64,000 bases of DNA from Cyanobacteria bacterium P01_D01_bin.156 (GCA_039024555.1 JBCCQQ010000014.1:32001-96000); one strand, 5' to 3'; positions 48,885-60,607 are shown, numbered from the stretch's first letter. A program made the numbers and translations. Notes: generated by a model not told the origin, from the sequence alone.

Positions 48885-49862
48885 ATGTTAAGACCTCGTC
48901 TCCGCCGTGCATCGAGGCGGCTATTGTTATATCGAGAACAGCGTTACCCGAACATTGAGCGGCTTGGTGTTACTCATTCCTACTGGGGAGATTCGTATCA
49001 TATTCTGCTGACTATTTCCTGGCCTGCTTTTATGCTCCTAGTCGGCGGCTGTTATCTATTGGTTAATGCCTTATTTGCCATTGCCTATGGACTCAATGCG
49101 GATGCGATCGCAAATATCCGACCAGGGCATTTTCAAGACCTCTTTTTCTTTAGTGTGCAAACCATGGCCTCTATCGGCTATGGCGCTATGTACCCAACGA
49201 GTAACTACACCCACTCGCTGGTAGTTATTGAAGCTCTTTTTGGCCTCTGTTTTACAGCAGTCACAACAGGGCTTGTCTTTGCCCGATTTTCCCTACCCAC
49301 TGCCCGTATTCTTTACAGTGCCGTTGCTGTGGTAGCCCCGTTTAATGGGGTGCCTACCCTGATGTTTCGTACCGCTAACGAACGTCGCAACTACATTTTA
49401 GAAGCTCAGCTATGGGTCACCTTAGTACGTGATGAAGTCACAGAAGAAGGAGAGCATATCCGTCGCTTTCATGACCTACCGCTGGTGCGTTCCCACACTC
49501 CAGTATTTAGCCTGTCTTGGACAGCTATGCATCCCATCACCATTGACAGCCCGTTTTATGGAGAAACACCTGAAACTTTAGAGCAGAATCGGGCAGAAAT
49601 CATTGTCACCCTTACCGGTCTGGATGAAACTCTATCCCAGACAATCCATGCCCGTCATGCCTTTAGCGACAACGAAATTCACTGGAACTATAAATTCGTG
49701 GATATTATTTCCACCAATCAAGCAGGACGCTTGGTAATCGACTACAACCACTTCCATTCAATTGAGCCGGTCCGAACTCAACCTGGCGGCATGTATCACA
49801 GTTCAGAAAAGGTAGCCAGTTGGATAGGCTCTGAAACCCACAGCGTAGGACCGCTAGCATAG
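48885..49862 (+). CDS. Inward-rectifier K+ channel (KirBac family)
   Basis: FFFSVQTMASIGYG pore; LVFARFS; PTLMFRTANER; SWTAMHPI..DSP. Confidence 0.92.
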   Translation: MLRPRLRRASRRLLLYREQRYPNIERLGVTHSYWGDSYHILLTISWPAFMLLVGGCYLLVNALFAIAYGLNADAIANIRPGHFQDLFFFSVQTMASIGYGAMYPTSNYTHSLVVIEALFGLCFTAVTTGLVFARFSLPTARILYSAVAVVAPFNGVPTLMFRTANERRNYILEAQLWVTLVRDEVTEEGEHIRRFHDLPLVRSHTPVFSLSWTAMHPITIDSPFYGETPETLEQNRAEIIVTLTGLDETLSQTIHARHAFSDNEIHWNYKFVDIISTNQAGRLVIDYNHFHSIEPVRTQPGGMYHSSEKVASWIGSETHSVGPLA

Positions 49863-49868
49863 AGGACC

Positions 49869-49909
49869 ATACCCCGAATTTACCAGAGCTCCCGGCAAGT
49901 TCGGGGTAT
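49869..49909. terminator. Hairpin between convergent genes
   Basis: ATACCCCGAA...TTCGGGGTAT. Confidence 0.55.
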
Positions 49910-49937
49910 AGCATGTCCAAACCAGCAACAAATATAG

Positions 49938-51023
49938 CTAAACCAATAGAGTAAACAGTTTAACCATCAGCTTAGTACGGTTGACTGGCTTGGTGATATA
50001 GAAGGAAGCGCCCGCCAGTTTGGCCCGAATACGACTCAGAAGACCAGATTTCGGGGCTAGCAGAATAATCGGAACATCTTTGTACTGGGGATGACGATGC
50101 AGATGGGAGCATAAATCAAATCCATTCAACCCCTCCATAGCAGTCGTCAGTATGATCAGATCAGGCTGGCACTTAGCTAAATCAGCCACCGCCGTAGCCA
50201 CATCATCTACAGAGGTAATAGAGAACACCGTATCCTCCAAGTAACCCCGAAGCTCTTGAATAAACTGATTATCTGAATCAATACACACAAGCTGATAGGA
50301 AGGTGCTGCAGACTGATCAGTTGGTGTAGATCCTAGCGAGTCCGTCCCAAGTACAGATGATGATTGCTCAAACGACTTAGTCGAAGCTTGTTGCAGCAAG
50401 GACCTAATGTCATTACCAGCAGGGACTATTTGCTCAAGAGTGGATGCTTCAGCTACATTACGACTGCTATCTAGGGATTCCCTGGGAGAACTAGACGGCT
50501 GGGAAGATAACGCTTCTTCCTGCTGGTGACATTCTTCCACCAGTGCGCGAATGTCTAAGGTGCAAAAAATAGGATGGTCAAATATGTTGCTAAAACCATT
50601 GACCTCGTAGCTACCCTTGGTCACCCGTAGCAAGGAAGTAATAGTAGTCACGGCAAGAGCACGCACCAATTTACCAGCTTGTTCAAAGCTAATATGCTCT
50701 TGTTCCACCAACCACCGAATAGCCCGATGATCGGCGCTCAACGCGTCTCCTTGATGCACATATTGCCGATGGTATAGCTGTAACTGAGCCAAAACTAAAT
50801 CAGTAATGACTTCAGGAAAAAGCTGACGAGACTCAAATCGAAGAGCGTCAAAACCATTCTGAGAACTTGTTGCGAATAAAAGCTTACCCCGCTGTAACCA
50901 CAGAGACCAGCGAACATTATTGGATACGACCAAAAGTTCACCACTAATTTGACGACCCACCAGCTGTGCTAGCAAAGTGAGGGGGTGTAGTGTTTTTTGT
51001 GTAAGAGTGCCTGCTAAAACCAT
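49938..51023 (-). CDS. PatA-like regulator (PATAN domain + degenerate receiver)
   Basis: SGELLV...WSLWLQRGKLLFA N-terminal domain; C-terminal REC-like domain ending RAKLAGASFYITKPV. Confidence 0.85.
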   Translation of the reverse strand: MVLAGTLTQKTLHPLTLLAQLVGRQISGELLVVSNNVRWSLWLQRGKLLFATSSQNGFDALRFESRQLFPEVITDLVLAQLQLYHRQYVHQGDALSADHRAIRWLVEQEHISFEQAGKLVRALAVTTITSLLRVTKGSYEVNGFSNIFDHPIFCTLDIRALVEECHQQEEALSSQPSSSPRESLDSSRNVAEASTLEQIVPAGNDIRSLLQQASTKSFEQSSSVLGTDSLGSTPTDQSAAPSYQLVCIDSDNQFIQELRGYLEDTVFSITSVDDVATAVADLAKCQPDLIILTTAMEGLNGFDLCSHLHRHPQYKDVPIILLAPKSGLLSRIRAKLAGASFYITKPVNRTKLMVKLFTLLV

Positions 51024-51989
51024 GAGAGAAGGCCCGGTCAAAGAACGGTATTCGAAGTGGTAAGAATCAGATAGAGCAACGATATATCAGGGACTAAAAA
51101 GACCTGCCTAATATAATTAATATCAAGCTTGAGTCCTCTCCCAAAACATCAATTCAAGTGGTTATGTAGAGGCTAATTGATTCCTATTCCCTTGTTGTAA
51201 GCAAAGTTAGTAAGCAATTAACAACTGAATAAATACACTTAGATTGATTCTTAAGTTTAGATTGCCCTGGTGGAGTAAACTGCTTCTCTCCAAAGACTCT
51301 TGCTAGCTTTTCGCTATTAACAAAGATGGAGATATCAGTATTTACCCCTTGAGCTATGTCGACCAATGTCAACTAATTAAATTAAAGGTGCAAGTTTTTT
51401 CGTAGAAGCTGGTCAAAAATTTATATCTTCGGCCTCACTAGTTTACACAAGCAAAATTTTAAGATTTCATGTGCCGAATAACAAATTCTCCGAAAATGTA
51501 CGTAACCCACAGCAATTGATTCGCCAAGCCTACAGAACATTCCAGCCGTATTATTAAAGTCAAAGATGTTCATATATTTGAACATCTTATCAAGAGCTTT
51601 ACAGCGCCTGTAGGTAACTAGCTAACCTCTAAAATATATAGACTTAATTTCTAACAAATAGTTCAGGTTTACAACAGGTATTTCTGTTGAATATTTATCC
51701 GCAATTCCACGGATGATTTTATCTCTTGATAATGTGTTTCTTTCTGATAAATATTTTATGCGAGTAATTTTTTCCGGATTTTGCATAAACGTTCTGAAAT
51801 AGAACACTTTATCTAGAACTAGAGCGATTCTGGGTAACTTTAAAGAACACCAACGGGTTCTATACTCCATACATGAACAACGCCTATGGGCTGAGTACAT
51901 TCAGTACATAGGCTTAGTCATTTAAGGAAGGTTTTTAACAGCAGGCGTTGTGACTAGGTGTATACACCAGACAAAAGAGCTATCTTTGC

Positions 51990-54158
51990 TTAATGGATGC
52001 TATCTTTCGCCTGCTGCATTAGATGTTCATGGGTACTGTGTAATGCCTCATCTGATGCCGGCTGACGCTGGACGTAAGTTCCATCGGGCTGCATTTGCCA
52101 GGCTTGACGATTATCGGTTAAACAGCTGTTTAAAGTGCTGGTTAACTCCTGTCGCAAACGAGGATCGATGATGGGAACGACAGCTTCTACCCGCCGATCT
52201 AAGTTACGTGGCATCCAGTCAGCACTACCAATGTAGAACTGCTCGTTGCCGTCGTTATGGAAATAAAAGATCCGTGAATGTTCTAAGAAACGGCCAATAA
52301 TACTAAGCACTTGAATATTTTCACTGACTCCTTTGATGCCTGGAGTGAGGCAACAGATGCCTCGGATGATCAAATTAATATGCACTCCTGCTTGAGATGC
52401 TTGGTACAGGGCTTGAATCATACCAGGATCGACCAGGGAGTTCATTTTGGCAATAATTTGTCCTTTGGTCCCGTAGGTTGCTTCCTGATGAATCATGGCC
52501 AGCATACGCTCTCTCAAGGTGATAGGAGCAATGAGCAATTGCCGATAGGCCTTTTGCCTGGAATATCCGGTCAAATAGTTGAATAGGTCTGTGAGGTCTG
52601 CCCCTAGTTCGTCACGACAGCTAAGCAGTCCTAAATCAGTGTATAACCGGGCGGTTTTTGGATTGTAATTGCCAGTACCAATGTGTACATAGCGACGGAT
52701 GCCATCCTGTTCTTTACGAACGACTAGGGCAACTTTTGTATGAGTCTTCAGACCAATCAAACCATAGACAACGTGCACCCCAGCTCTTTCAAGGGTACGA
52801 GCCCAGTTGATATTGTTTTCCTCATCAAAACGGGCTTTAAGTTCTACAAGAGCCACGACTTGCTTACCGTTCTCAGCCGCTGAAATCAGCGCATTAATAA
52901 TCGGAGAATCTCCCGAAGTCCGATACAGCGTCATCTTAATGGTGAGCACATCGGGATCTGCGGCTGCTTGGGTAATAAATTGCTGGACAGTTGCGCCAAA
53001 GGATATATAGGGATGATGAACCAACCGATCTCGACGACGAATGATGGAGAAAACATCATCACCTTCACCATCGGTTTCATCGCGGTTAATACGATGCCAA
53101 GGAGATGGAATAACGGCAGACCAGTTCTTATCTTTGAGCTCTGGCAAGGGCAGACCGAGGAGGGACATTAAATCGCCTAAACCAATCAGGCCAGGAACAT
53201 CGTAGATATCATCCTCGGTCAAGTCCATTTCAGACAGCAACGTAGCCCGGACTTCAGGTGCAGTGTCAGCCTGCAGTTCCATGCGGACCGACGAGCCACC
53301 CAAACGGCGTTTTCGCAGCTCTTGCTCCATGGCCAACATCAAATCATCTGCATCATCCTCCTCCACCGAAAGATCGGCATTGCGAGTAATGCGAAATGTG
53401 TAATATTCCTGCACCACCATGCCTGGAAACAGAAAGGTAAGGTTTTTTCCAATTACCTGTTCCAGAGGAATAGCCGTCCAAATTGAGTTTTGTGGCTGCA
53501 GCGCTTTAGGGAGCTGAATAAATCGGGGCAATACTTTTGGGACCTTAATTCGGGCGAAATGGGCTTCGTCCGAATCGGTTTCACGCACCACGACGGCTAA
53601 ATTTAGACTGAGATTGGATATGTAGGGAAAGGGGTGACCGGGATCAACCGCTAAAGGTGTTAGTACGGGAAAAATTTGTTCTTCGAAGTAGGTTTGCAAG
53701 TAAGTGACTTGCTTGCTGTTAAGTTCATCGTAATTGAGCAAATGAATTCCATGGGGGCGCAATTGGCCAATAACCTGTAAGAAGCAATCGTGTTGCTCGG
53801 CAACAGTAGGTCTAAGCTTTTGGCTAATGGCTTGGAGATGATCGGAGGGAGTGCGGCCATCGGCAGTACGGCGTGTGACTTGGGCAGCGATTTGTTTTTT
53901 AATGCCAGCAACACGCACCATAAAAAATTCATCTAGGTTATTGCTAAAAATGGCTAGGAATTTTAGCCGCTCTAGCATGGGCGTGCGTGGGTCCAACGCT
54001 TCATAGAGAACGCGCTCATTAAAGGACAACCAGCTTAATTCTCGACTGATGTAATACTGTGGTGCAGTTAGATCAATGTCTGCATAATCGGTAGAAGACT
54101 TTGCTCCCTTGCCTGGGGAGTTACTTTCAGTGTTACTTTCAGCTTTTTTTTCTAACAT
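51990..54158 (-). CDS. ppk1: Polyphosphate kinase 1
   Basis: RELSWLSFNERV, NLDEFFMVRV, HHPY, ELKARFDE, GRFLEHSRI, SADWMPRNLDRR. Confidence 0.97.
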   Translation of the reverse strand: MLEKKAESNTESNSPGKGAKSSTDYADIDLTAPQYYISRELSWLSFNERVLYEALDPRTPMLERLKFLAIFSNNLDEFFMVRVAGIKKQIAAQVTRRTADGRTPSDHLQAISQKLRPTVAEQHDCFLQVIGQLRPHGIHLLNYDELNSKQVTYLQTYFEEQIFPVLTPLAVDPGHPFPYISNLSLNLAVVVRETDSDEAHFARIKVPKVLPRFIQLPKALQPQNSIWTAIPLEQVIGKNLTFLFPGMVVQEYYTFRITRNADLSVEEDDADDLMLAMEQELRKRRLGGSSVRMELQADTAPEVRATLLSEMDLTEDDIYDVPGLIGLGDLMSLLGLPLPELKDKNWSAVIPSPWHRINRDETDGEGDDVFSIIRRRDRLVHHPYISFGATVQQFITQAAADPDVLTIKMTLYRTSGDSPIINALISAAENGKQVVALVELKARFDEENNINWARTLERAGVHVVYGLIGLKTHTKVALVVRKEQDGIRRYVHIGTGNYNPKTARLYTDLGLLSCRDELGADLTDLFNYLTGYSRQKAYRQLLIAPITLRERMLAMIHQEATYGTKGQIIAKMNSLVDPGMIQALYQASQAGVHINLIIRGICCLTPGIKGVSENIQVLSIIGRFLEHSRIFYFHNDGNEQFYIGSADWMPRNLDRRVEAVVPIIDPRLRQELTSTLNSCLTDNRQAWQMQPDGTYVQRQPASDEALHSTHEHLMQQAKDSIH

Positions 54159-54258
54159 ACTGCTTTGTCACTCTTAATGTTCCTGTGCGGTTAAGCGGTG
54201 TGCCTCAGCGTCTATCTAACGTGGCCTTGCAAACGATGCCTTTAGCAGTCTTCAGGAG

Positions 54259-54465
54259 CTAAAAAACATCCTTTTCACGACCGACCCACCATTCTCCCAA
54301 TTTCATGAGGTCCCCATGGATGTCGGCCACCTGCTGGGCATAATCATCTGGCGAGAGTTCATGGCGACGTTCCTGTAGCTTTTTAAGTCGCAGTTGGATC
54401 AATAACCAGGGTTTGCTAATGCCGCCTGTAGATTCAATATATTTGGCGAGTTCGTTGCTATTCAT
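54259..54465 (-). CDS. Small hypothetical protein
   Basis: 68 aa with natural composition, KPWLLIQLRLKKLQER...LGEWWVGRE; fills its own gap. Confidence 0.8.
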   Translation of the reverse strand: MNSNELAKYIESTGGISKPWLLIQLRLKKLQERRHELSPDDYAQQVADIHGDLMKLGEWWVGREKDVF

Positions 54466-54582
54466 AAAAATGATTCTTTGAAAATTTAAGGTGTAGATTC
54501 TGAGAATGGATATGTCTTTCAGACTATCTTTACCTTACTGAAGATTTAATTGGTCTGATGTGTTGGGCATCCCTTTCTATCG

Positions 54583-54629
54583 AAAAACCCGCGAGTAAAA
54601 GCCAGGTAGGCCCTTACTTGCGGGTTTTT
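54583..54629. terminator. Intrinsic terminator (bidirectional shape)
   Basis: AAAAACCCGCGAGTAA...TTACTTGCGGGTTTTT. Confidence 0.75.
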
Positions 54630-54686
54630 ATAAAGGAATAGGTTATTCCTAGGTCTACCATAGACTAGCCATGCCAGTCTGAGGAG

Positions 54687-56354
54687 TTAGCGTTTGAGAT
54701 GGTCAACCCACTCGCGTAGGTTATCGGCGGCAACATCGCGCCCTCCTAAACCAAACGAGATTGCGATCGCTACAGCAATTGCTCCCAGCAATAAACCGAA
54801 CGCCAGGTTGACAATGCTAGTCGCCACACCCATCTGCTGTAGAGCCATGGCACCCACAAAGGCAATAATGGCAATCCGAGCAGTTTGGGCCAATGTGTTG
54901 GAAGAAGACATGCCCATGCCATTCACCAAGCGGAAGGCCAAATTAGCCGCATAGAGGCCAATAGCAAACACCACAATACCGCTCAGAACACGTACGGAAA
55001 CCGCCATGATGTTCTTCACGATTTGAGTCAGAACAGGAAAATCCAGAATTTCAGTCGCCGTAATCGCACCAAATAGGACAATGCCGACCAGGACAAGCAC
55101 ACCTACAATTTCAGAAGGCGTCTTACTAGGCGCTTCTACAGCAGGAATAGGCTCACCTTCAGCTAGCGTTATTTCAGGCTCTGGTGTGGTGAGCTCAGGC
55201 AGACCCAAGATGCTTGTAATGTTGTCAAAACCGATACCCGAGAGCAGACTAACAACTAGGTCAGAAATAAACTGACCGATGAAGTAGAAGATTGTTAGAA
55301 CAACACCCGCTGCCAGTACCTGAGGAATAATAAAGAGCACGCGCTCCAACATATCCACCGCTGGACCAGAAATAGCTTCTATGTTTAGCTCATTAAGCGC
55401 GGCAATCGAAGCAGGAATCAGGATTAGCGTGTAAACCAGTATCCCAGCCAAGCTAGACACGGAGATACCATCATCAGGACGAGCTGCTAGACCAAAACGG
55501 GCACCAAAGTTATCAGCTCCAGTGGCCATTAACAGATTGGTCACAATCCCCTTAACAATGTTGGCCACTAGCCAACCGATACCAAATACGATGGCTGCGG
55601 TAATGACTTGGGGGATCGCCGATAGAAACTCATTGAGTAGCTCTTCTACAGGCCCAAGCAAACCAGGTAGCTGGAGAGCACTCAGTACCAGCGGTAGCGC
55701 TAGTAGAAAAATAAACCAGTAAATGACATTACCAAGGGTGTCATTTACTTGGAAGGCATTACCCTCGGCATCAACACCCGTTTGCTCAGCCAGACGCTCA
55801 TCCAGATTAAAGCGGCCTAAACCGTTGACAACGGCTGCTTTGGCGATTTTTGCAATTACCCAGGTAACAAACAGAATGAGCCCTGCGCCCGCTAATCGGG
55901 GAACATACTCAAAAACAGTTTGCAATAAACCACTTATGGGCTGGGAAACCGCATCCAACTTGAGCGCATTCAAGATGGCAATGATAAAGAAGAGCATTAC
56001 CACCCAGAACACAACACTGCCGATTGTGCTTTCGATGGGGGCATCCTGCCCAATGCCAGCTTTAGCAGCTAGCTGATTGTCCAAGTCTGTCTTACTTAGC
56101 AAAAACTTGGCAAATGCCTTAGCGATTGTGGCGACCACCAAGCCCACAATCAGCAGCAAAAAGGCAGCCAACAGTCCTGGCAAAAAATTACCGAGCTGAC
56201 TGCCGATGCTATCCGTAAACTGTGTAATCGAGGATGTGTTTGCAATGGCAAGGTTAGTCATTGGATCTAAACCTAGCCAATCAAACCCAATTACCCCGTG
56301 GAATTGAGTCATTGTTCTATCTATGCCTACTGAACATCTACGCGTACCGAACAC
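54687..56354 (-). CDS. CmpX-like / MscS-associated conserved TM-helix repeat protein
   Basis: Five repeats of P.L..A..I...G..VA; C-terminal AISFGLGGRD; true start is probably downstream. Confidence 0.85.
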   Translation of the reverse strand: MFGTRRCSVGIDRTMTQFHGVIGFDWLGLDPMTNLAIANTSSITQFTDSIGSQLGNFLPGLLAAFLLLIVGLVVATIAKAFAKFLLSKTDLDNQLAAKAGIGQDAPIESTIGSVVFWVVMLFFIIAILNALKLDAVSQPISGLLQTVFEYVPRLAGAGLILFVTWVIAKIAKAAVVNGLGRFNLDERLAEQTGVDAEGNAFQVNDTLGNVIYWFIFLLALPLVLSALQLPGLLGPVEELLNEFLSAIPQVITAAIVFGIGWLVANIVKGIVTNLLMATGADNFGARFGLAARPDDGISVSSLAGILVYTLILIPASIAALNELNIEAISGPAVDMLERVLFIIPQVLAAGVVLTIFYFIGQFISDLVVSLLSGIGFDNITSILGLPELTTPEPEITLAEGEPIPAVEAPSKTPSEIVGVLVLVGIVLFGAITATEILDFPVLTQIVKNIMAVSVRVLSGIVVFAIGLYAANLAFRLVNGMGMSSSNTLAQTARIAIIAFVGAMALQQMGVATSIVNLAFGLLLGAIAVAIAISFGLGGRDVAADNLREWVDHLKR

Positions 56355-56454
56355 GGAGCACTCTAGTCAGAAGTGCTGCCATTAAGGTTAACGCTTAATA
56401 TCAATTTTTTTCCGTGGGAGTCTTACTAATAGCAGACTTTGTAATAAATTCCTT

Positions 56455-56468
56455 GTATTTATACGTAC
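56455..56468. promoter_or_regulatory. Possible NtcA box
   Basis: tGTA-TTTATACG-TACa matches GTAN8TAC upstream of the CmpX-like gene; -10 box is imperfect. Confidence 0.3.
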
Positions 56469-56500
56469 AAGCGCGGAAAATCGTAGGATTTTCCGCGCTT
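56469..56500 (-). terminator. gyrA terminator hairpin
   Basis: AAGCGCGGAAAATC-gtag-GATTTTCCGCGCTT. Confidence 0.75.
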
Positions 56501-56563
56501 TCTCGGAGTTTGTTCACTAATCTTCAAGTAGAGGTTGATACTTAGGACATCCAAGATCGCTAA

Positions 56564-59278
56564 TTACTCAGTCTCATCATCGGTATCAGTGGCGGCCGCA
56601 GAGGGTGAAGACTCTGCAGCCTCTGCGGTCGCATCATCTGCGGTTACGTCATCCTCATTTGCGGTCACATCCTCCTCCTTGCCTTCGGCCAGCTCAGACG
56701 CTTCCTCAGAGGCGTCCGCCAAGTCTTCTTCATCGATATCTAATTCAGGTACAACCGCAACTGCTGCGATCGCATCATCATCATCCAAGCGTTGGAGCTG
56801 TACCCCCGTCGCCATCCGCGATTGGACTGAAATCGCATCAATAGCCTGACGAATAATGATCCCCCGCTGGGTTACTAGCATCAATTCATCTCGAGGACTG
56901 ACGACGCGTAGAGCCACAAGCTCGTCATTGTCCTTACGGAATTTCATACCTACCAGACCCATACCAGCTCGGTTTTGTAACCGGAAGTTATCAACTGGGA
57001 CCCGTTTACCCAGGCCACCCGCCGCAATGACCAGTACCCAGGGACCAGCATCTGCTTCCGCAATAGCGGTATCTTCTTCATTTTCAGCAACCTCGGGATC
57101 ATCCTCAGCACCAGAAGCCGCCACCTGCTCAGTTACCGACGCAGGCAAAATATCCATACTGATCAACCGGTCACCCTCTCGCAAAGACATGGACTTAACC
57201 CCGCGAGTAGGGCGTCCCAAGGGCCTTAGCTGAGTACCATCGGCCCTAAAGTGGATAGTCATGCCGTGGTGCGAACCGATGATAATGCTATCTTCTGCCC
57301 GAGCCAGTCGAACCCAGCGAAGCTGATCGCCTTCCTCCAAAGCAATGGCCTTTAACCCACTGGCACGGATATTACTAAAGGCTGACAGGGCCGTCTTCTT
57401 AATAAACCCGCCCTGGGTGAGCATTACCAAGTAAACATCTTCAGCAAATTCCTGTACTCCCAGAACCGAAGTCACCTTCTCTTCGCGGGGAATGGGCAGC
57501 ATTTGCACAATGGGATTTCCCCGAGCGACCCGAGATCCTTCAGGAATCTGGTAGGCTCGCAACGTGTAAGCCACACCTCGATCAGTAAAGAACAACACAT
57601 GATCGTGGGTACAGCAGGTGATGAAATGCTCAATGGCATCGTCATCCTTCATACGGGTGCCAGACTTACCCCGAGTGGCTCGATTTTGAGCCTCAAATGT
57701 AGAGACGGGCATGCGCTTTATGTAACCCTGCTCAGTGACCAAAATCACCACTTGTTCATTGGCAATCAAAGAAATATCGGTCAGCTCATCCTCGGCTGAC
57801 TCAATGATTGTGCGACGCTCGTCAGCATGGGCATCGCGTAGCTGCACCAGCTCCTCTTCAATGATTGCCAAAATGCGCTCGCGGCGGGCTAGGATATCGC
57901 GCAAATCAGTAATTTTTGCCTGTAGTGCTTCATGTTCCTGCTGAATCTTATCGGCTTCTAACGCTGTCAGACGACGAAGCTGCATTTGCAAAATGGCATC
58001 GGCTTGCGCAGAAGAGAGCTCATAGGATTCCATCAGTTCCTGTTTTGCTGAAGCCGCATCAGGCGCATTGCGAATTAGGCTGATCACAGCATCCAGATTG
58101 TCTAACGCAATCAGATATCCTTGGAGAATATGATCTCGCTCTTCTGCTTTGCGTAATTCATACCGGGTGCGGCGGGTAATTGTTTCTACACGAAATTCTA
58201 AAAAGACGTCTAAAAACTGCCGCAGGGTCAACAACTGTGGCTCACCATTGACCAAAGCGAGCATGTTGACACCAAAGTTGTTCTGCAGTGGCGTCTGTTT
58301 GTAGAGATTGTTGAGCACCACCTTGGGATAGGCGTCCCGCTTGAGTTCTATTACCACTCGCATACCATCGCGATCGCTCTCATCACGAATATCTGAGATA
58401 CCATCTAAACGGCGATCGTTCACCATTTCGGCAATCTTCTCAATCAGCCCTGCCTTATTGGTTTGGTAAGGTAATTCCGTGATAATAATCGCTTCTCGGT
58501 CAGGGCGGCCTGTGTATTCAAGGGTCTCGATGGTAGCGACACCCCGCATCGTGACCGACCCTCTTCCGGTGAGATAGGCATCGCGAATACCGTTACTGCC
58601 AACAATGAGTGCCCCAGTTGGAAAATCTGGCCCATGGATATGCTGCTGCATCAGTTCCTGACTGGTGATTTCAGGATTTTGGATCAAGGCGATGACACCA
58701 TCCACGAGTTCTCCCAAATTGTGGGGAGGAATATTGGTGGCCATACCCACCGCAATTCCCGAGGAGCCGTTCAACAACAGCTGCGGCACCCGCGCAGGCA
58801 TGACTGTCGGCTCTTGCTGCGACCCGTCAAAGTTGTCGGCAAAATCAACAGTTTCAGATTCGATATCTTGCAGCAGTGCAGAACTGGTCAACGCATGCAG
58901 CCTCGACTCCGTATATCGCATTGCCGCAGGCGGATCGTTGTCGATGGAGCCAAAATTACCATGACCAGAAATCAGCGGTGCTCGCATGGAAAAGTCTTGG
59001 GCCATGCGCACCAGCGCATCGTATACAGCCGTATCGCCGTGGGGATGATATTTACCCAGTACTTCCCCCACTACACGGGCGCATTTTCGAAAAGGCCGAT
59101 CCGCCGTTAAACCCAGTTCGTGCATGGCGTAGAGAATGCGACGATGCACGGGTTTTAGACCGTCCCTGGCATCTGGCAAGGCTCGCCCCACAATGACGCT
59201 CATGGCGTATTCTAGGTAAGAACGAGACATCTCGTTGCGCAGATCAGTGGATACAATCCGGTCCTGGGGGTTACTCAT
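56564..59278 (-). CDS. gyrA: DNA gyrase subunit A
   Basis: [31 protein letters not shown], GyrA-box-like QNRATRG, acidic tail. Confidence 0.97.
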   Translation of the reverse strand: MSNPQDRIVSTDLRNEMSRSYLEYAMSVIVGRALPDARDGLKPVHRRILYAMHELGLTADRPFRKCARVVGEVLGKYHPHGDTAVYDALVRMAQDFSMRAPLISGHGNFGSIDNDPPAAMRYTESRLHALTSSALLQDIESETVDFADNFDGSQQEPTVMPARVPQLLLNGSSGIAVGMATNIPPHNLGELVDGVIALIQNPEITSQELMQQHIHGPDFPTGALIVGSNGIRDAYLTGRGSVTMRGVATIETLEYTGRPDREAIIITELPYQTNKAGLIEKIAEMVNDRRLDGISDIRDESDRDGMRVVIELKRDAYPKVVLNNLYKQTPLQNNFGVNMLALVNGEPQLLTLRQFLDVFLEFRVETITRRTRYELRKAEERDHILQGYLIALDNLDAVISLIRNAPDAASAKQELMESYELSSAQADAILQMQLRRLTALEADKIQQEHEALQAKITDLRDILARRERILAIIEEELVQLRDAHADERRTIIESAEDELTDISLIANEQVVILVTEQGYIKRMPVSTFEAQNRATRGKSGTRMKDDDAIEHFITCCTHDHVLFFTDRGVAYTLRAYQIPEGSRVARGNPIVQMLPIPREEKVTSVLGVQEFAEDVYLVMLTQGGFIKKTALSAFSNIRASGLKAIALEEGDQLRWVRLARAEDSIIIGSHHGMTIHFRADGTQLRPLGRPTRGVKSMSLREGDRLISMDILPASVTEQVAASGAEDDPEVAENEEDTAIAEADAGPWVLVIAAGGLGKRVPVDNFRLQNRAGMGLVGMKFRKDNDELVALRVVSPRDELMLVTQRGIIIRQAIDAISVQSRMATGVQLQRLDDDDAIAAVAVVPELDIDEEDLADASEEASELAEGKEEDVTANEDDVTADDATAEAAESSPSAAATDTDDETE

Positions 59279-59601
59279 ACAGAAAGGAGACTCCAAAAAA
59301 ACAGGAAAATTTGCGGTTGAACCGCCTAATCTTTAATATTCTTGTCAGTTAGGTTCTTAAACTCACCGAACAAGGCATTTAAGACTACTTTCCCTAGATG
59401 TTTTCTTTTATTTAGAACGCATAGAATTCTAGCATATCATTGCTGTTCTTGGACCATGCTGTAACCCTAATAAATAAAGGGGTTTAGCATTGATTTTAGA
59501 GGGTAGTGCTACGGGAGTATGTCTCAGAACAGTTTATTGAAAAAATAAAGTCCGTAAAGCCTTCTATCGTCCATCATCTTAAAACCTCCAGAGAGAAAAA
59601 T

Positions 59602-60543
59602 ATGGTGTCTCCCTCCTCCTCTGTACCAGCACCCATGCGGGTCATCTATTCCAAGCGTTTTTTAGACCACGATACAGGGCGAGGACATCCTGAAAACTCA
59701 GGCCGGTTGGAGGCAGCAGTAGCCGTTCTAAAAAATCACGACATTAACCAAGATTTGGAGTGGGTAGAACCGAGCGATCGCAATCCACTTCCGGAAATCA
59801 ATACCGTCCACGACCCTGCTTATGTATTGACCCTGGAGCGTATTGCCCAACGGGGTGGGGGACGACTTGATGGCGATACTCCTGTTTCTGTGGATAGTTA
59901 CGAGGTTGCTCTACTGGCGGTTGCGGCCTGGTTGGATGGAGTCGATTATGTCGTCAGTCAGCAGGCATCGAGCTTTATCCTAGCCCGCCCCCCAGGGCAC
60001 CATGCAGAGTTCGCACAGGGAATGGGGTTTTGTCTCTTGAGTAATGCCGCTATTGCCGCCCACTATGCCCTTAAACAACCGCACATTAATCGCATTGCCG
60101 TTCTTGACTGGGATGTGCACCACGGTAATGGCACTCAACAGTTAGTCGGTAGTCACCCCAAAATTGCCTACTGCTCTCTGCATCAAATGCCCGCTTACCC
60201 AGGTACCGGGCGCGCAGAAGAAACTGGCAGCCATGGCAACATACGCAATATTCCCATGGCACCAGGAAGTGTTTTTAAGGATTACCATAGTTGTTTTGAA
60301 AAGCAGGTTCTTCCCTTTTTAGAACAGTTTCAGCCGGACCTGTTAATCATCAGTGCAGGCTATGATGCAACAGCGGCAGATCCATTGGCTGGCATTAATC
60401 TTATGCCAGAAGACTACGAGGTGTTTACACAGTTGTGCAAAACCGTATGCCCCAAAATACTCTTTGGCCTTGAGGGGGGCTATGACTATCAATCCTTGAG
60501 CCAAGCTATCCTACACACTGTCAAAGGTTGGGTGGAAAATTAA
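59602..60543 (+). CDS. Histone deacetylase family protein
   Basis: HPENSGRL, RPPGHHA, GFC, DWDVHHGNGTQ, SAGYD, LEGGY; start uncertain. Confidence 0.92.
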   Translation: MVSPSSSVPAPMRVIYSKRFLDHDTGRGHPENSGRLEAAVAVLKNHDINQDLEWVEPSDRNPLPEINTVHDPAYVLTLERIAQRGGGRLDGDTPVSVDSYEVALLAVAAWLDGVDYVVSQQASSFILARPPGHHAEFAQGMGFCLLSNAAIAAHYALKQPHINRIAVLDWDVHHGNGTQQLVGSHPKIAYCSLHQMPAYPGTGRAEETGSHGNIRNIPMAPGSVFKDYHSCFEKQVLPFLEQFQPDLLIISAGYDATAADPLAGINLMPEDYEVFTQLCKTVCPKILFGLEGGYDYQSLSQAILHTVKGWVEN

Positions 60544-60607
60544 TTCCAGATTATCGTCTATCTAAAGCTATTGTTTCTCTCTGTTTAGTTGTTTTTTTAA
60601 CAAGCTC

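Noticed and set aside
51184..51900. 62-aa and 92-aa ORFs in the AT-rich gap
   Set aside because: Look like random AT-rich frames; no RBS or homology cues
56564..59278. Intein or resistance mutation in gyrA
   Set aside because: Length is explained by the CTD and acidic tail; Thr at the 83-equivalent position is a natural variant
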